From the sequence record PQ671644.1: a stretch of DNA of 64,000 bases; one strand, written 5' to 3'. Shown one piece after another: positions 37,630-47,453 of this stretch. The stretch comes from Escherichia phage DCP80. Within the stretch, counting starts at the first letter, position 1. Each line of letters starts with the position of its first letter. The position numbers and the translations under genes were made by a program. The notes below the pieces were generated by a model that was given only the letters and a program-made list of their open reading frames with translations, was not told the DNA's origin and made no database searches.

Positions 37630-37659
37630 ATTATGTCTTATCTTAATCTGGTTGTAAAC
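37630..37659 (-). promoter_or_regulatory. T4-type early promoter
   Basis: Minus strand GTTTAC-18nt-CATAAT then GATTCCATACTGAGTTACC leader. Confidence 0.5.
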
Positions 37660-37665
37660 AACTTT

Positions 37666-37673
37666 TATAAATA
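37666..37673 (+). promoter_or_regulatory. late promoter TATAAATA for gene 24
   Basis: Exact TATAAATA about 27 nt upstream of the gene 24 ATG. Confidence 0.6.
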
Positions 37674-37699
37674 AAGTATATCACAAAAGGAAAGCGCAA

Positions 37700-37899
37700 A
37701 TGGCAAAGATTAACAAATTACTGCGCGAGTCAACTACCACTACCAGCAACTCCTTGGGCCGCCCGAATCTTGTTGCTTTGACCCGCGCTACAACCAAATT
37801 GATTTACCGCGATATTATCGCTGAACAACGTACAAGCCAGCCAGTTGCGGCGCTGTATGGTGTTAAATATCTTACTCCTGATAATGAATTCAGTTTCCA
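37700..37899 (+). CDS. 24: head vertex protein gp24, N-terminal 66 codons (truncated by N-run)
   Basis: MAKINKLLRESTTT.SNS.GRPNLVALTRATTKLIY.DI matches the T4 gp24 N-terminus. Confidence 0.88.
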
Positions 37900-37940
37900 N
37901 NNNNNNNNNNNNNNNNNNNNNNNNNNNNNNNNNNNNNNNN
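37900..37940. other. N-run (scaffold junction)
   Basis: 41 n. Confidence 0.95.
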
Positions 37941-38023
37941 TTCCCGGTCGCATTATCTTTAAAAATTCTATCAAGAAGTCCAAAAAGTAGGTCTGATAAT
38001 GAAAATCCTACTTTTGGTTCCAT
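37941..38023 (-). CDS. t: holin t, N-terminal 27 codons (second copy, truncated by N-run)
   Basis: Identical to 20301..20383. Confidence 0.75.
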
Positions 38024-38042
38024 ACTTTTCTCCTTTAAAGAT

Positions 38043-38050
38043 ATTTATAA
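38043..38050 (-). promoter_or_regulatory. late promoter TATAAATA for gene t
   Basis: Identical to 20403..20410. Confidence 0.6.
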
Positions 38051-38063
38051 TGCTTTTGCGCTA

Positions 38064-38615
38064 CTATTTTTTAAACCATCTTTTGAAGAATGATTTTTTC
38101 TCTTTTTCTGGCCAAGCCGGGAATTCACCACCGAGGTGTTCGTGTTTTTCTAAAAGAGCAAAGAAACGTTTAAGATTCTGGTGATAGAATTTTTCTTTCT
38201 TATCGGCGACTGAGGCTTCAACCATATTACTTAATACCTGGAATTCTTTATACAAATCGTCAATTTTTCGATTGCGAATCATTACTCGTTTATATGTTTC
38301 ATCTTCTTTCCAGCCATCATCTGTCCATATATCAAACTCGCCAGGTTTATCGAAAGTTATACCGACTGGGCTTCCTATGTCATTTATTAAGATTTCTTCT
38401 TTATTAAAAGTCCATGCACGTTTGCCTCGATGGTCTTCTTCATAAATCCAATCTTGAATGCGTTCGTCAAATACAACGGCATACCCTTCTTTAGGTTCTA
38501 AAGGTTTTTTAGCTGTTGAATGGGCCGGAAGGCCAAGGCCTTTAATGGGTTTATAATTTTCTTCTTTGTAGAATTCTTTTGTGTCAAAATAAAAATGATA
38601 AATTTTCATATTCAA
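38064..38615 (-). CDS. 38: gp38, T4 type (tail-fiber assembly chaperone, not a virion adhesin)
   Basis: 183 aa (as T4 gp38); near-identical to T4 gp38 (KIYH.YFDTKEFYKEENYKP.KGLGLPAHST.KKPLEPKEGYAVVFDER.QDWIYEEDHRGKRAWTFNKEEI). Confidence 0.9.
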   Translation of the reverse strand: MNMKIYHFYFDTKEFYKEENYKPIKGLGLPAHSTAKKPLEPKEGYAVVFDERIQDWIYEEDHRGKRAWTFNKEEILINDIGSPVGITFDKPGEFDIWTDDGWKEDETYKRVMIRNRKIDDLYKEFQVLSNMVEASVADKKEKFYHQNLKRFFALLEKHEHLGGEFPAWPEKEKKSFFKRWFKK

Positions 38616-38636
38616 AAGGGGCCGAAGCCCCTCTCC

Positions 38637-41600
38637 TTATGCTAAACGAACGATATAGTTAAAAGCAATGTTTTTAACCGTGTTTTCTGTATTACCTGTA
38701 CTATTTACGGTAATGGTATGCCCATGTGAACCAATCGCTACAGTATGAGTGTGAGCACCGATACCTACCGTATGCGTGTGAGCACCAATACCTACAGTAT
38801 GAGCGTGGTTACCTGTGGCACTTGTGGTCCCTGACCAACTATGAGTATGAGCACCGTCTGAAGAAGTTTTGGCTATATTCGACCCTGCAGTAGCACCGCT
38901 CACGGTTCCAGTGATTTTAGCGTTGGCGTTTGCACCTACACTATTATATCCGTCATAGAATATGTTATTGGGTACGCCGGCTTGCATCTGAGGGCCTGAA
39001 CGCGCGTGTTGGTGTGCTCCGGCTGAACTGGTAGTACCACTCACTGTATGGTTATGGTTACCGGTGGTATTACTGGTCTTAGTACCATAATCAAAGCTTG
39101 AAGATGTTTTAGTGCCATAATCAAAGCTTGATGTGGTTTTAGTACCCAAGTCAGTACTCGAAGCAGATGCGCCATGGTTATGAGACTTAATACCATCAGC
39201 TTCTGCACTCAACACTGCGCGGCCACTTGGTTTACCCTTGATAGTTTGTCCACGCATATCAGGAATAGTACCAGAAGGATATGCAACAGCAAGCTTAGGA
39301 TAAGCACCTGTATCAAAGGTCTGACCTTCCATCAAAGCATAACCATTAGGAGGAGTATCCGTTGGCCATGGAATTGGGGCTCCAATAGGATAACTTGAAA
39401 CAATATCAGTTTTAAGTGATTCAATTGTACTGTTTAAGTTAGCAAAGTTACCAGAGCCACCGGTGATATTACCATCAGTTCCTAAAGTTGTGTTGCCTAC
39501 AATAATTTTACCAGGTAAGCGGAAGTCACCGGTGCGGCGGAATTCCCAACTTAAATCAGTTCCGGTAGTACTATTGCCCTGGTGATAATGAACGCGGAAG
39601 TCTCCTTGAGAAATTAAGGTGCCAATAGAATAAGTGCTATCACCATTTACATACCGTTGTTTAACAATAGGAATGTATTCAGAAGTAGCAGTACGCTCTA
39701 TATTCATATAAATTGGAGCCCTGACATCTGCGTAATTCTGAGATGCAAACGAACCAGCTCCTGCTGGGCGTACCGTATCAGTACATTCGGCCTCAATATA
39801 TGTCGACTGCCCCAATTTCATTCTAAAATTGGCATTAATGCGAGAGTTACTGTTTATCGTAGTTAAAGCATTATTTTGATCTACTATAAAAGAATCTCTT
39901 CCTAATCCAACCATACCATCGTTTAATCCTATTCTCACAGGTCTCAAAGAGCTGTGAATGTCTCCACTTTCGCCTTCATTTTGATTGGTTGGAAGAATAT
40001 AAAAGTTACTTTCTGAACGACGGAAAATAGCGCCATATTCAGCATTCCAAATTCTTAATGCATCTGCTGTTCCACCAATTTTTACTTGTCCGGTAATAGA
40101 AGAACCACCTTGGACAAACAAACCGTTAGACATAGTAACATTGCCACCAAAAGAACCTGTACCGGAGGCACTTATATTTCCAAGGCCTATGATATGGTCT
40201 GTTTCAACAGCTCCGTTAAATTTAAAGTTAACTGGACCTACTGTTTGACCTGACGCAGGATTAGTACGTTGAGCGTAGAAATAATAACCTTGTGAATCTG
40301 AAACTTCGAATACAGTTTCTCTATTACCGCCACCTGTATTAAATGAATTACCCCACGCTTTAATAGATATATAGTTTTTATTCTGTCCTGCGCGAGTACC
40401 AGCGCCCCACAGTATAGTTTTAGTGCCATCTAATGATGTAGGTGCATCAAGTTGAATACCGTCAGCTCTAGCCCCGGTAAGAAGTACCCCGTTATCAAAT
40501 TTAATTCTTTGAATAGAAGAAATAGTGCCGTCAGCATAAAGCTGTACATTATTAGCGCCGGTTACCAGTTTAAGAATACCTGGGTTAAGTTCCATGCCTT
40601 CTTGGGTGTTAATATTGGTTTGACCTCTACCGCGGAAATAGTGCGACATTTTTCCGCCAGAGTTATAACCAATATGCGTCTGACCATCGCCAGCTGTATT
40701 CCCGTCAGCCTGAGTTTGAGCTGATAAAAATGCAGCATTGGTTCCAGGCATAATCCATGTGGTGCCTTGGTCTTCTGAACGACCAAATAAACCTTTACGA
40801 GTACTACGGAAACTATCTGGAGTAATAGAAGCAACTGAATTCCCTGAACCAACTAAATCATAAACACCGGTTTTTTTGTATGACAGCCCCGTCCCGTTAT
40901 CGCCTAGAGCTAAATAAACACCGAATCCTAAAGCGGCACCATTACCATAGTCGCTTGACGGGTATCCTTCAGTCACAGTACCAATGGCCAAGCTATTGCG
41001 AACAATCATTCTGCCGTCATTACGAATACCATATAGTTTATATGTTGGTGTATTACCAGACCACCAAGAAACCTCATCAGCTTGGCCTAATTGGGCCGTA
41101 CAAATTTCATGATACATTGTACCACCAGACTTGGCGCGAACTTTACGAAGATAGTTTACACCATTCGTTTCGCCTGTGCCTGGGTATGTATATTTAACTA
41201 ATGAATCAGTGTCATATACACCAAATGCTTTGGCATCGTGAATAACTGTATCAGCTGCAATGCGTTTTGTTAATAACGCATCCGAAGCTAAAATACGGTT
41301 AGCCTGAAATTCACCGCCGTTTATAGAACGGAAATAGAATTCACTATTAGCAGTGCCTTCTGTCCCCTGTTTAAGCCTAATGCGTAATTCACCAGCATTT
41401 GTAGTTTGAGGGCGAGTATATATAACACCACGTTCAGTGCCATCGGCATTTTCAAACCAAAGGTGGGCATTTGACGTATCGTTTGTTGCTCTTGAATAAA
41501 ACGAACCCTGTAATGCTCTAAAAGTTTGAGCCGAAATACTCGTGCCTGCTGTAATCGACCCGCTTGTGGAAAAGTTTCCAAAATTGTTTAATGGGCCATT

Positions 41601-41810
41601 AATGCGTAAAGTTCCAGTAATAGTTACATCGCCATCAACTTGTCCACCTTTTGCAAAGCCCAAATCAATAATCTGTCCCTGGTCGGACTTGGTAAAAATA
41701 GTGCGGTCACGCAAGTTAATAGCCAGTTCGCCTTCATCTAACTGAGCTGCAGTAGGCTTGGCTCCTGGTGTTTTACTTCTTTTAAATTGTATCGATTTTA
41801 AAGTAGCCAT
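38637..41810 (-). CDS. 37: long tail fiber distal subunit gp37, T4 type (His-x-His C-terminal tip)
   Basis: 1057 aa; matches T4 gp37 from MATLK.IQFKRSK to the [48 protein letters not shown]-terminus. Confidence 0.95.
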   Translation of the reverse strand: MATLKSIQFKRSKTPGAKPTAAQLDEGELAINLRDRTIFTKSDQGQIIDLGFAKGGQVDGDVTITGTLRINGPLNNFGNFSTSGSITAGTSISAQTFRALQGSFYSRATNDTSNAHLWFENADGTERGVIYTRPQTTNAGELRIRLKQGTEGTANSEFYFRSINGGEFQANRILASDALLTKRIAADTVIHDAKAFGVYDTDSLVKYTYPGTGETNGVNYLRKVRAKSGGTMYHEICTAQLGQADEVSWWSGNTPTYKLYGIRNDGRMIVRNSLAIGTVTEGYPSSDYGNGAALGFGVYLALGDNGTGLSYKKTGVYDLVGSGNSVASITPDSFRSTRKGLFGRSEDQGTTWIMPGTNAAFLSAQTQADGNTAGDGQTHIGYNSGGKMSHYFRGRGQTNINTQEGMELNPGILKLVTGANNVQLYADGTISSIQRIKFDNGVLLTGARADGIQLDAPTSLDGTKTILWGAGTRAGQNKNYISIKAWGNSFNTGGGNRETVFEVSDSQGYYFYAQRTNPASGQTVGPVNFKFNGAVETDHIIGLGNISASGTGSFGGNVTMSNGLFVQGGSSITGQVKIGGTADALRIWNAEYGAIFRRSESNFYILPTNQNEGESGDIHSSLRPVRIGLNDGMVGLGRDSFIVDQNNALTTINSNSRINANFRMKLGQSTYIEAECTDTVRPAGAGSFASQNYADVRAPIYMNIERTATSEYIPIVKQRYVNGDSTYSIGTLISQGDFRVHYHQGNSTTGTDLSWEFRRTGDFRLPGKIIVGNTTLGTDGNITGGSGNFANLNSTIESLKTDIVSSYPIGAPIPWPTDTPPNGYALMEGQTFDTGAYPKLAVAYPSGTIPDMRGQTIKGKPSGRAVLSAEADGIKSHNHGASASSTDLGTKTTSSFDYGTKTSSSFDYGTKTSNTTGNHNHTVSGTTSSAGAHQHARSGPQMQAGVPNNIFYDGYNSVGANANAKITGTVSGATAGSNIAKTSSDGAHTHSWSGTTSATGNHAHTVGIGAHTHTVGIGAHTHTVAIGSHGHTITVNSTGNTENTVKNIAFNYIVRLA

Positions 41811-41818
41811 AATGCCTC

Positions 41819-42023
41819 TTAATAATATCCAAAATCTTCAGATGTACCTCTAAGAACAACCTGGTCAATACGAGGAACGTGTTCGTTCAATGTTCCTGGG
41901 TTCCTAGATATGAAATTCGGGGCTGAAAGAACACCAGCCATAGATTGTATGTTACTATTATTTATTTGGACCTGTTTTGCGTTATCCACATCACTTAATC
42001 CAACTTGTGCTTTTGTCGGGGTA
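41819..42023 (-). CDS. 36: tail fiber protein gp36, C-terminal fragment
   Basis: Stop-free frame from the N-run to a stop 8 nt upstream of the gene 37 start; assignment by position. Confidence 0.6.
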
Positions 42024-42080
42024 NNNNNNNNNNNNNNNNNNNNNNNNNNNNNNNNNNNNNNNNNNNNNNNNNNNNNNNNN
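42024..42080. other. N-run (scaffold junction)
   Basis: 57 n. Confidence 0.95.
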
Positions 42081-42254
42081 ATTAACCCAGCCAAAGACCA
42101 TCCGGTTTGGCGTGAATGTGTTGAGCAAGGGTTTATCTATGTTCACTTTATGTCTAAGTTTAAACCAGATGGGCGAATGAGATTTGTGTTCACTTATCAC
42201 AAACGCCTGGATTTGCTTTTGGAAGATGTGGCATATAATAGAGCCAACGACTAA
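42081..42254 (+). CDS. hypothetical protein, C-terminal fragment (gene upstream of ligase)
   Basis: Stop-free frame from the gap to a stop at 42254, 3 nt before the ligase ATG. Confidence 0.4.
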   Translation: MNPAKDHPVWRECVEQGFIYVHFMSKFKPDGRMRFVFTYHKRLDLLLEDVAYNRAND

Positions 42255-42257
42255 GAG

Positions 42258-43796
42258 GTGATTATGATTTTAGATATTTTAAATGAAATTGCTGCAACCG
42301 ATTCCACTAAAGAGAAACAAGCTATCCTGGAATCGTATTCTGACAATGAAACCCTTAAACGCGTGTATCGTTTGACATATTCCAAAGGCATCCAGTTCTA
42401 TATTAAGAAATGGCCTAAACCTGGGGCAACGACACAAAGCTTTGGTATGCTGAATATCGATGATATGCTTGACTTTATCGAATTCACATTGGCCTCTCGC
42501 AAATTGACAGGTAATGCTGCAATCGAGGAATTATCTGGCTATATTGCAGATGGTAAAAAGGCTGATGTTGAAGTTCTTCGCCGTGTGATGATGCGTGACC
42601 TGGAATGCGGAGCATCCGTATCAATTGCGAATAAGGTTTGGAAAGGTTTAATTCCTGAACAACCACAGATGCTCGCTTCTTCCTATGATGAAGCCGGTAT
42701 TGCCAAGAACATTAAGTTCCCGGCCTTTGCACAATTGAAAGCCGACGGCGCTCGGTGTTTTGCAGAAGTTCGTGGCGATGAGTTGGATGATGTTCGATTG
42801 TTATCCCGAGCTGGCAACGAATACCTCAAGCTTGACCTCCTTAAAAAGGAATTGATTGAAGCTACCCGTGAAGCGCGTGAGAGACATCCTGAGGGCGTTT
42901 TGATTGACGGCGAGTTAGTATACCATGAACAGAAAGTAGCTCCCCAGAATGACGGTTTGGGTTTCCTTTTTGACGATTCAGATGAGATTGCTCCTGCAAA
43001 AGAAACCGCAGAATCAAGAACATTTTCGAATGGTATGGCAAACAAATCATTAAAAGGAACCATTTCTGCAACAGAAGCTTCTTGCATGAAATTCCAGGTT
43101 TGGGATTATGTTCCGCTGATTGAAGTCTATTCTGATGTTAAGATTCTCAATCCGTTGAAATACGATGTGCGTTTTGCTGTTCTGGAAAAGATGATTGCAG
43201 ATAACGTGGTGTTGCATGGTTTCGACCGCATGATTCTGATTGAAAACCATGTTGTTAACAATCTCGATGAAGCGAAGGTTATCTATAAGAAATATGTGGA
43301 TGAAGGTCTTGAAGGTATTATCCTTAAGAACATGGCATCGATTTGGGAAAACAAGCGCTCAAAGAACTTGTATAAGTTCAAAGAAGTAATTGACATCGCA
43401 ATGGAAATCATTGGATATTACGAGCACGATAAAGACCCGAATAAGATTGGTGGTGTTGTGCTTCGTTCTTCTTGTGGTAAGATTACAAATAACTGTGGTT
43501 CTGGTTTTAAAGACACAACTCAAGTTAAAGATAAGAAAACCAAAAAATGGGTTACTATTCCGATTGAGGAGCGTCATAAACTAGACCGTGAAGCCTTGAT
43601 GGTTAAAGCCCGCAAAGGTGAATTGGTTGGAATGATTGCTGACTGTGAATGCAATGGTTGGTTGACTTCCGAGACTCGTAAAGATAATACGGTTGCATTG
43701 TTCCTGCCGATTATCAAAGGGTTCCGTTTCGATAAAGACCATGCAGACACATTCGAAGATGTATTTGGTGACTGGTCAAAGACTGGACTAAACTAA
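42258..43796 (+). CDS. 30: ATP-dependent DNA ligase gp30
   Basis: 512 aa; matches T4 ligase (STK.KQAILE, KRVYRLTYS, YIKKWPKPG, FPAFAQLKADGARCFAEVRGDELDDVRLLSRAGNEY with active-site Lys in KADG, FEDVFGD). Confidence 0.93.
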   Translation: MIMILDILNEIAATDSTKEKQAILESYSDNETLKRVYRLTYSKGIQFYIKKWPKPGATTQSFGMLNIDDMLDFIEFTLASRKLTGNAAIEELSGYIADGKKADVEVLRRVMMRDLECGASVSIANKVWKGLIPEQPQMLASSYDEAGIAKNIKFPAFAQLKADGARCFAEVRGDELDDVRLLSRAGNEYLKLDLLKKELIEATREARERHPEGVLIDGELVYHEQKVAPQNDGLGFLFDDSDEIAPAKETAESRTFSNGMANKSLKGTISATEASCMKFQVWDYVPLIEVYSDVKILNPLKYDVRFAVLEKMIADNVVLHGFDRMILIENHVVNNLDEAKVIYKKYVDEGLEGIILKNMASIWENKRSKNLYKFKEVIDIAMEIIGYYEHDKDPNKIGGVVLRSSCGKITNNCGSGFKDTTQVKDKKTKKWVTIPIEERHKLDREALMVKARKGELVGMIADCECNGWLTSETRKDNTVALFLPIIKGFRFDKDHADTFEDVFGDWSKTGLN

Positions 43797-43797
43797 T

Positions 43798-43820
43798 AAA
43801 AGGGCTTCGGCCTTTTTTTC
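43798..43820 (+). terminator. rho-independent terminator after gene 30
   Basis: AAAGGGC-UUCG-GCCUUU hairpin followed by a U-run. Confidence 0.6.
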
Positions 43821-43821
43821 G

Positions 43822-43829
43822 TATAAATA
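43822..43829 (+). promoter_or_regulatory. late promoter TATAAATA for alt
   Basis: Exact TATAAATA 25 nt upstream of the alt ATG; Alt is a late, packaged protein in T4. Confidence 0.6.
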
Positions 43830-43854
43830 CATCATATTTTATAAGGAAAACAAT

Positions 43855-45732
43855 ATGACCGAATTATTGTCAGAGGTTTTTGAAGGGGAATCTAATATCC
43901 CGGCCATTAACCTTTCAAAGTCAAAAGTTCCACAGATTTGGAATATTCAGGTCCCTGGGAACGATAATCTTATTGCTCGTATGGTTTCTTACGCATCCGA
44001 AGGCGATGCTATCAAACAGGTCAAAACTGGTGATAAGTATGCTCACGTTATTTTGATGTCGTTAAATTCAAACGGTACTCCAGCTATTCTTAAAGGGGGT
44101 CTTGGTGATAACCCGATTGGAGCAATTAAATCCATTTTTGATGTAGTTTACGAACAAGTAAAACTGATGAAAATGGATGCAATTATGTTCCGCTTCCCGA
44201 CCCGTAAAATGAAGGGGCAAGAACGAACCATTCAGCGTGTTCTTGCTCGACTTATTATGGCTCGCGCGGGTGGCCAATTCAAAGTCCTGGATGATATGTA
44301 TCAATACACAGGTAAACATACTTACGTATTGATTTATCGTAAATCCAAACCGATTGAATCTATCGCCGGAATTCCAGGCATCAACACTGAGCTATACACA
44401 AAAGTGGAATCGAAAGTTGGTGATGTTTATGTGGATAAAGCCAGCGGTGAAACTGTTACCAAAAATGAAGCTATTGCAGCATCCATTGCAAAGGTTGAAG
44501 AAAAACGTACAGACCAGGCAGTTGTTGTTAAAACCAAGTTTTCTAAACGCGCGGCTATTAATGCGTTGTATTCGGGGAACGAACCAACTGGGCTTGCTAA
44601 ATTCTCGCCAGAACATAAAGAGATTTATACAAAGCTCTCGACTACCAGCGCAGTGCATTCAACAGATGATGCCAGAGAAAGTCAGATAGCTAAAGCTTCG
44701 ATAAAAGTAATCGACCGAGCAGGTGATGAATATGCAGATTATTTTGATTTAGTCGCGCAAGGCGATGTCGGTGAAGATAAGACAAAAACTCGTGTAGCTA
44801 TGGATGTGCTTAATGCTCTTAAAGAAGTCGGCATGGAACACAAAATAAGTGAGTTTTCGAACGTCCTGCGAGCCTCAAAGAATCCTGTTGATACATTGCG
44901 CAGGATTGCGGATATGTTGCTCGACGACTCCATTGTGGGGACCTGGGCTCGCGAAGATAAGACTAAAGAAGCTATTCGTATTATTGCGGATGAAATTTAT
45001 ACCAAGGCAATCCAACCGTTATTCCATATCTCCGATAACCCTGAAATAACCGACGACCAGGCCGAAGCAATTAAGGCATATACTCGCGGAAAATATACTG
45101 CAATCAATAATTTCCTTTTAGGGAAAGCTGATGCAAAAGAAAGCGAAATCAAAATGATTTCCGATATGGATAAAGTGTTTGAAAACGGTGTTAAGCTTCC
45201 GAAAGGAACTATTATCTACCGTGCTCAAGTTATGCCAACTGACATGGCGATTAATTCCATCAAAAATAAAACGATGTATCTTCCTATGTTTGCAAGTACA
45301 TCTCTTGCGCCAAATATTTTTGGTCGTATGGGCCATACTGCAGCAAACCTTGACCCGAATGCATTATCAAGTGATATCGATGACGGGGCAATTGATGCAA
45401 CTATTAAGAGTGCAACTGGTTCAGCAAAGCCTACAATCAAGATTGGTATGATTATCAAAGGTGCAGAAAATATCAAGGTAGTTATCCCTGGTGACTTGGC
45501 AAACTGGTCCGTTGAAACCGAAGTTATTCTTCCTCGTGGAACGATGCTTAAGATTGATAAGGTCTATGGTGCTACTGCTGGCATGATGGGTTCGATGGGT
45601 AAATACATTCTTGTTGAATGCTCTATCTTAGAAAATGACCAGATAGACGAATCAAATTCGCTTTTGAAAAAATATGACAGAATCTCTTATGATTTGTCTA
45701 TGGAAAAACTTGTACACCTTCTTAATTATTAA
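43855..45732 (+). CDS. alt: Alt-like ADP-ribosyltransferase (packaged internal protein)
   Basis: 625 aa next to gene 30 as in T4; R-S-E motifs (YTRGKY, MFASTSL, ETEVILP) in the C-terminal half. Confidence 0.8.
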   Translation: MTELLSEVFEGESNIPAINLSKSKVPQIWNIQVPGNDNLIARMVSYASEGDAIKQVKTGDKYAHVILMSLNSNGTPAILKGGLGDNPIGAIKSIFDVVYEQVKLMKMDAIMFRFPTRKMKGQERTIQRVLARLIMARAGGQFKVLDDMYQYTGKHTYVLIYRKSKPIESIAGIPGINTELYTKVESKVGDVYVDKASGETVTKNEAIAASIAKVEEKRTDQAVVVKTKFSKRAAINALYSGNEPTGLAKFSPEHKEIYTKLSTTSAVHSTDDARESQIAKASIKVIDRAGDEYADYFDLVAQGDVGEDKTKTRVAMDVLNALKEVGMEHKISEFSNVLRASKNPVDTLRRIADMLLDDSIVGTWAREDKTKEAIRIIADEIYTKAIQPLFHISDNPEITDDQAEAIKAYTRGKYTAINNFLLGKADAKESEIKMISDMDKVFENGVKLPKGTIIYRAQVMPTDMAINSIKNKTMYLPMFASTSLAPNIFGRMGHTAANLDPNALSSDIDDGAIDATIKSATGSAKPTIKIGMIIKGAENIKVVIPGDLANWSVETEVILPRGTMLKIDKVYGATAGMMGSMGKYILVECSILENDQIDESNSLLKKYDRISYDLSMEKLVHLLNY

Positions 45733-45740
45733 GGGTAAAA

Positions 45741-46130
45741 ATGTCTGAACAATTAAATGAACTCTTTGACAAATATATCGAAGCCTTCGGTTATCCTGTC
45801 ATTAATATGAATCCAAAATACAAGGTCCCGCAGGTTTGGCAATTCGGTGTTCCTGGGACCAATTCTCTTATGGCCCGTTTGATGCAATTCACGGGCAAAG
45901 AAACAGTTAAACAATATAAACGTGGTGATGCAATTGCCGAGGTATTCCTGCTCTCCGGGACTTCACACGGCCACGCTGTTCCTCTGAAGGGTGGTCTAGG
46001 TGAAAAACCTCTTGATGCAATTAACCTGATTTTTGTTACAGTCTGGGAAAGCATTAAACTAGGCAAACCTGATGTAGTCTTGTTCCGTTTCCCATCCAAA
46101 AAGATGAAAGGACAAGACCAAGCTGTTATT
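45741..46130 (+). CDS. Alt-like paralog, N-terminal 130 codons (truncated by N-run)
   Basis: N-terminal region about 45% identical to Alt (KVPQ.W...VPG.N.L.AR, LKGGLG..P..AI, FRFP..KMKGQ). Confidence 0.65.
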
Positions 46131-46160
46131 NNNNNNNNNNNNNNNNNNNNNNNNNNNNNN
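46131..46160. other. N-run (scaffold junction)
   Basis: 30 n. Confidence 0.95.
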
Positions 46161-46246
46161 CAGTAAACTATTCCTGCATAATGATGACCCCGGAGATTTG
46201 AAACTTTGATGTCACGGTCTGACACATTGAAATGCTTAATCATAAT

Positions 46247-46444
46247 TTATTCACCAAAATAAGAGATACGAACTGCCAGTACATGAGCATAAGCGCCCAT
46301 CGCGTCTAGTTGTGCAATCAAAAGACCTTGTTGACGAGCATCGAGAGTTTCAAAAACACCGCCCTTAATAAATTCTTCAAGAGCATTGATTTTCAAAACC
46401 AGCTGGTCATGTTCTTCAACTGCACGTGCTTGGAAACCTAACAT
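46247..46444 (-). CDS. hypothetical protein (65 aa) downstream of rIIB
   Basis: ORF following a GGGGC-UUCG-GCCCC hairpin (46456-46469). Confidence 0.4.
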   Translation of the reverse strand: MLGFQARAVEEHDQLVLKINALEEFIKGGVFETLDARQQGLLIAQLDAMGAYAHVLAVRISYFGE

Positions 46445-46477
46445 AAAGCCTCATTAGGGGCCGAAGCCCCGATTAAT

Positions 46478-47452
46478 TTAGAATTGTTCAGTTACATCAT
46501 CAAGAACCAGGTAACCACAAACCCTCATCTTACTATCACCATAATCCACCGGGATGCTTACAACATCACGCGGGTGAACTTTACAGGATACGATGCGGCC
46601 ATCACCATGGCCAAAGCCACTTCCGATATAACCTTTAGAACAAACGTGCAGCCCAGTTGAACAGGTCTGTTCGTCATTGTCATTCACACGAGAGCGCGGC
46701 ATTTTAACATATTGGCCAGGGCTGTTGTCGAATGTGTTTGAGTGGCAATCTTTGTAGGTTGAACGAACCATTTTCCATGCGATGAAATGACCGTCTTCGG
46801 TGATTTCGATATCGTTTGCAACCAGGAAGTCAAACAAACGCTGTACAGCTTTCTCACTCGGGTTCTCAAGGAGATTCTCAAGGAACGGCAGATAGAATTC
46901 AAAGTCTTCGCCATTTTGCATTGAATCAATGATACGAGTAACCAGGCCGGAGCGCAGTTCAATTCCCTGATAGAACAGACTACCACCTTCAATACGCACA
47001 TCGCCTTTCACATATTTTTGTACTGCAGCTTTGATTGAAATAAACTCGATAGCATCTTCATAACGGAATTCAATCAATGCCTGAATAATATCATCAAAGT
47101 GTTTATGGTCTTTTGTTGCGTTCCAGACTGTACGACCTTCAGTGATGGAAACGAATTTGCTTGATGCGTTCCATACGATTTCTGGACGGCTGCCGCCGAT
47201 TGTATCTTCAACAACCGGAACTTCAACCGTTACTGTCACTGGAGCATTAATCGCCACCCCGACAGCGGCTTTCAATGATGCAGAAATGGTTTTAGCTAAT
47301 TTTGATTCTTTATCATTTTTCAAAACGCGGCGAATGGTGTCAACGGACACAGCAAAATATTCTGCCAATTCAGGCTGGGTATAATTGCCAGTTGAATACA
47401 TCTGGACCACATCAGCTTGTTCGGCTTTAGACATACATTTGATATTAAACAT
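46478..47452 (-). CDS. rIIB: rIIB protein
   Basis: 324 aa; matches T4 rIIB (NIKC..K.EQA..V..YS.GNYTQ.ELA, VSVDTIRRVLKN, DVRIEGGSLFYQ.IELRSGLV.RI.DSM, FLENLLENPS.KAV.RLFDFLVANDIEITEDG, HPRDVVSIP.DY). Confidence 0.92.
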   Translation of the reverse strand: MFNIKCMSKAEQADVVQMYSTGNYTQPELAEYFAVSVDTIRRVLKNDKESKLAKTISASLKAAVGVAINAPVTVTVEVPVVEDTIGGSRPEIVWNASSKFVSITEGRTVWNATKDHKHFDDIIQALIEFRYEDAIEFISIKAAVQKYVKGDVRIEGGSLFYQGIELRSGLVTRIIDSMQNGEDFEFYLPFLENLLENPSEKAVQRLFDFLVANDIEITEDGHFIAWKMVRSTYKDCHSNTFDNSPGQYVKMPRSRVNDNDEQTCSTGLHVCSKGYIGSGFGHGDGRIVSCKVHPRDVVSIPVDYGDSKMRVCGYLVLDDVTEQF

Positions 47453-47453
47453 A

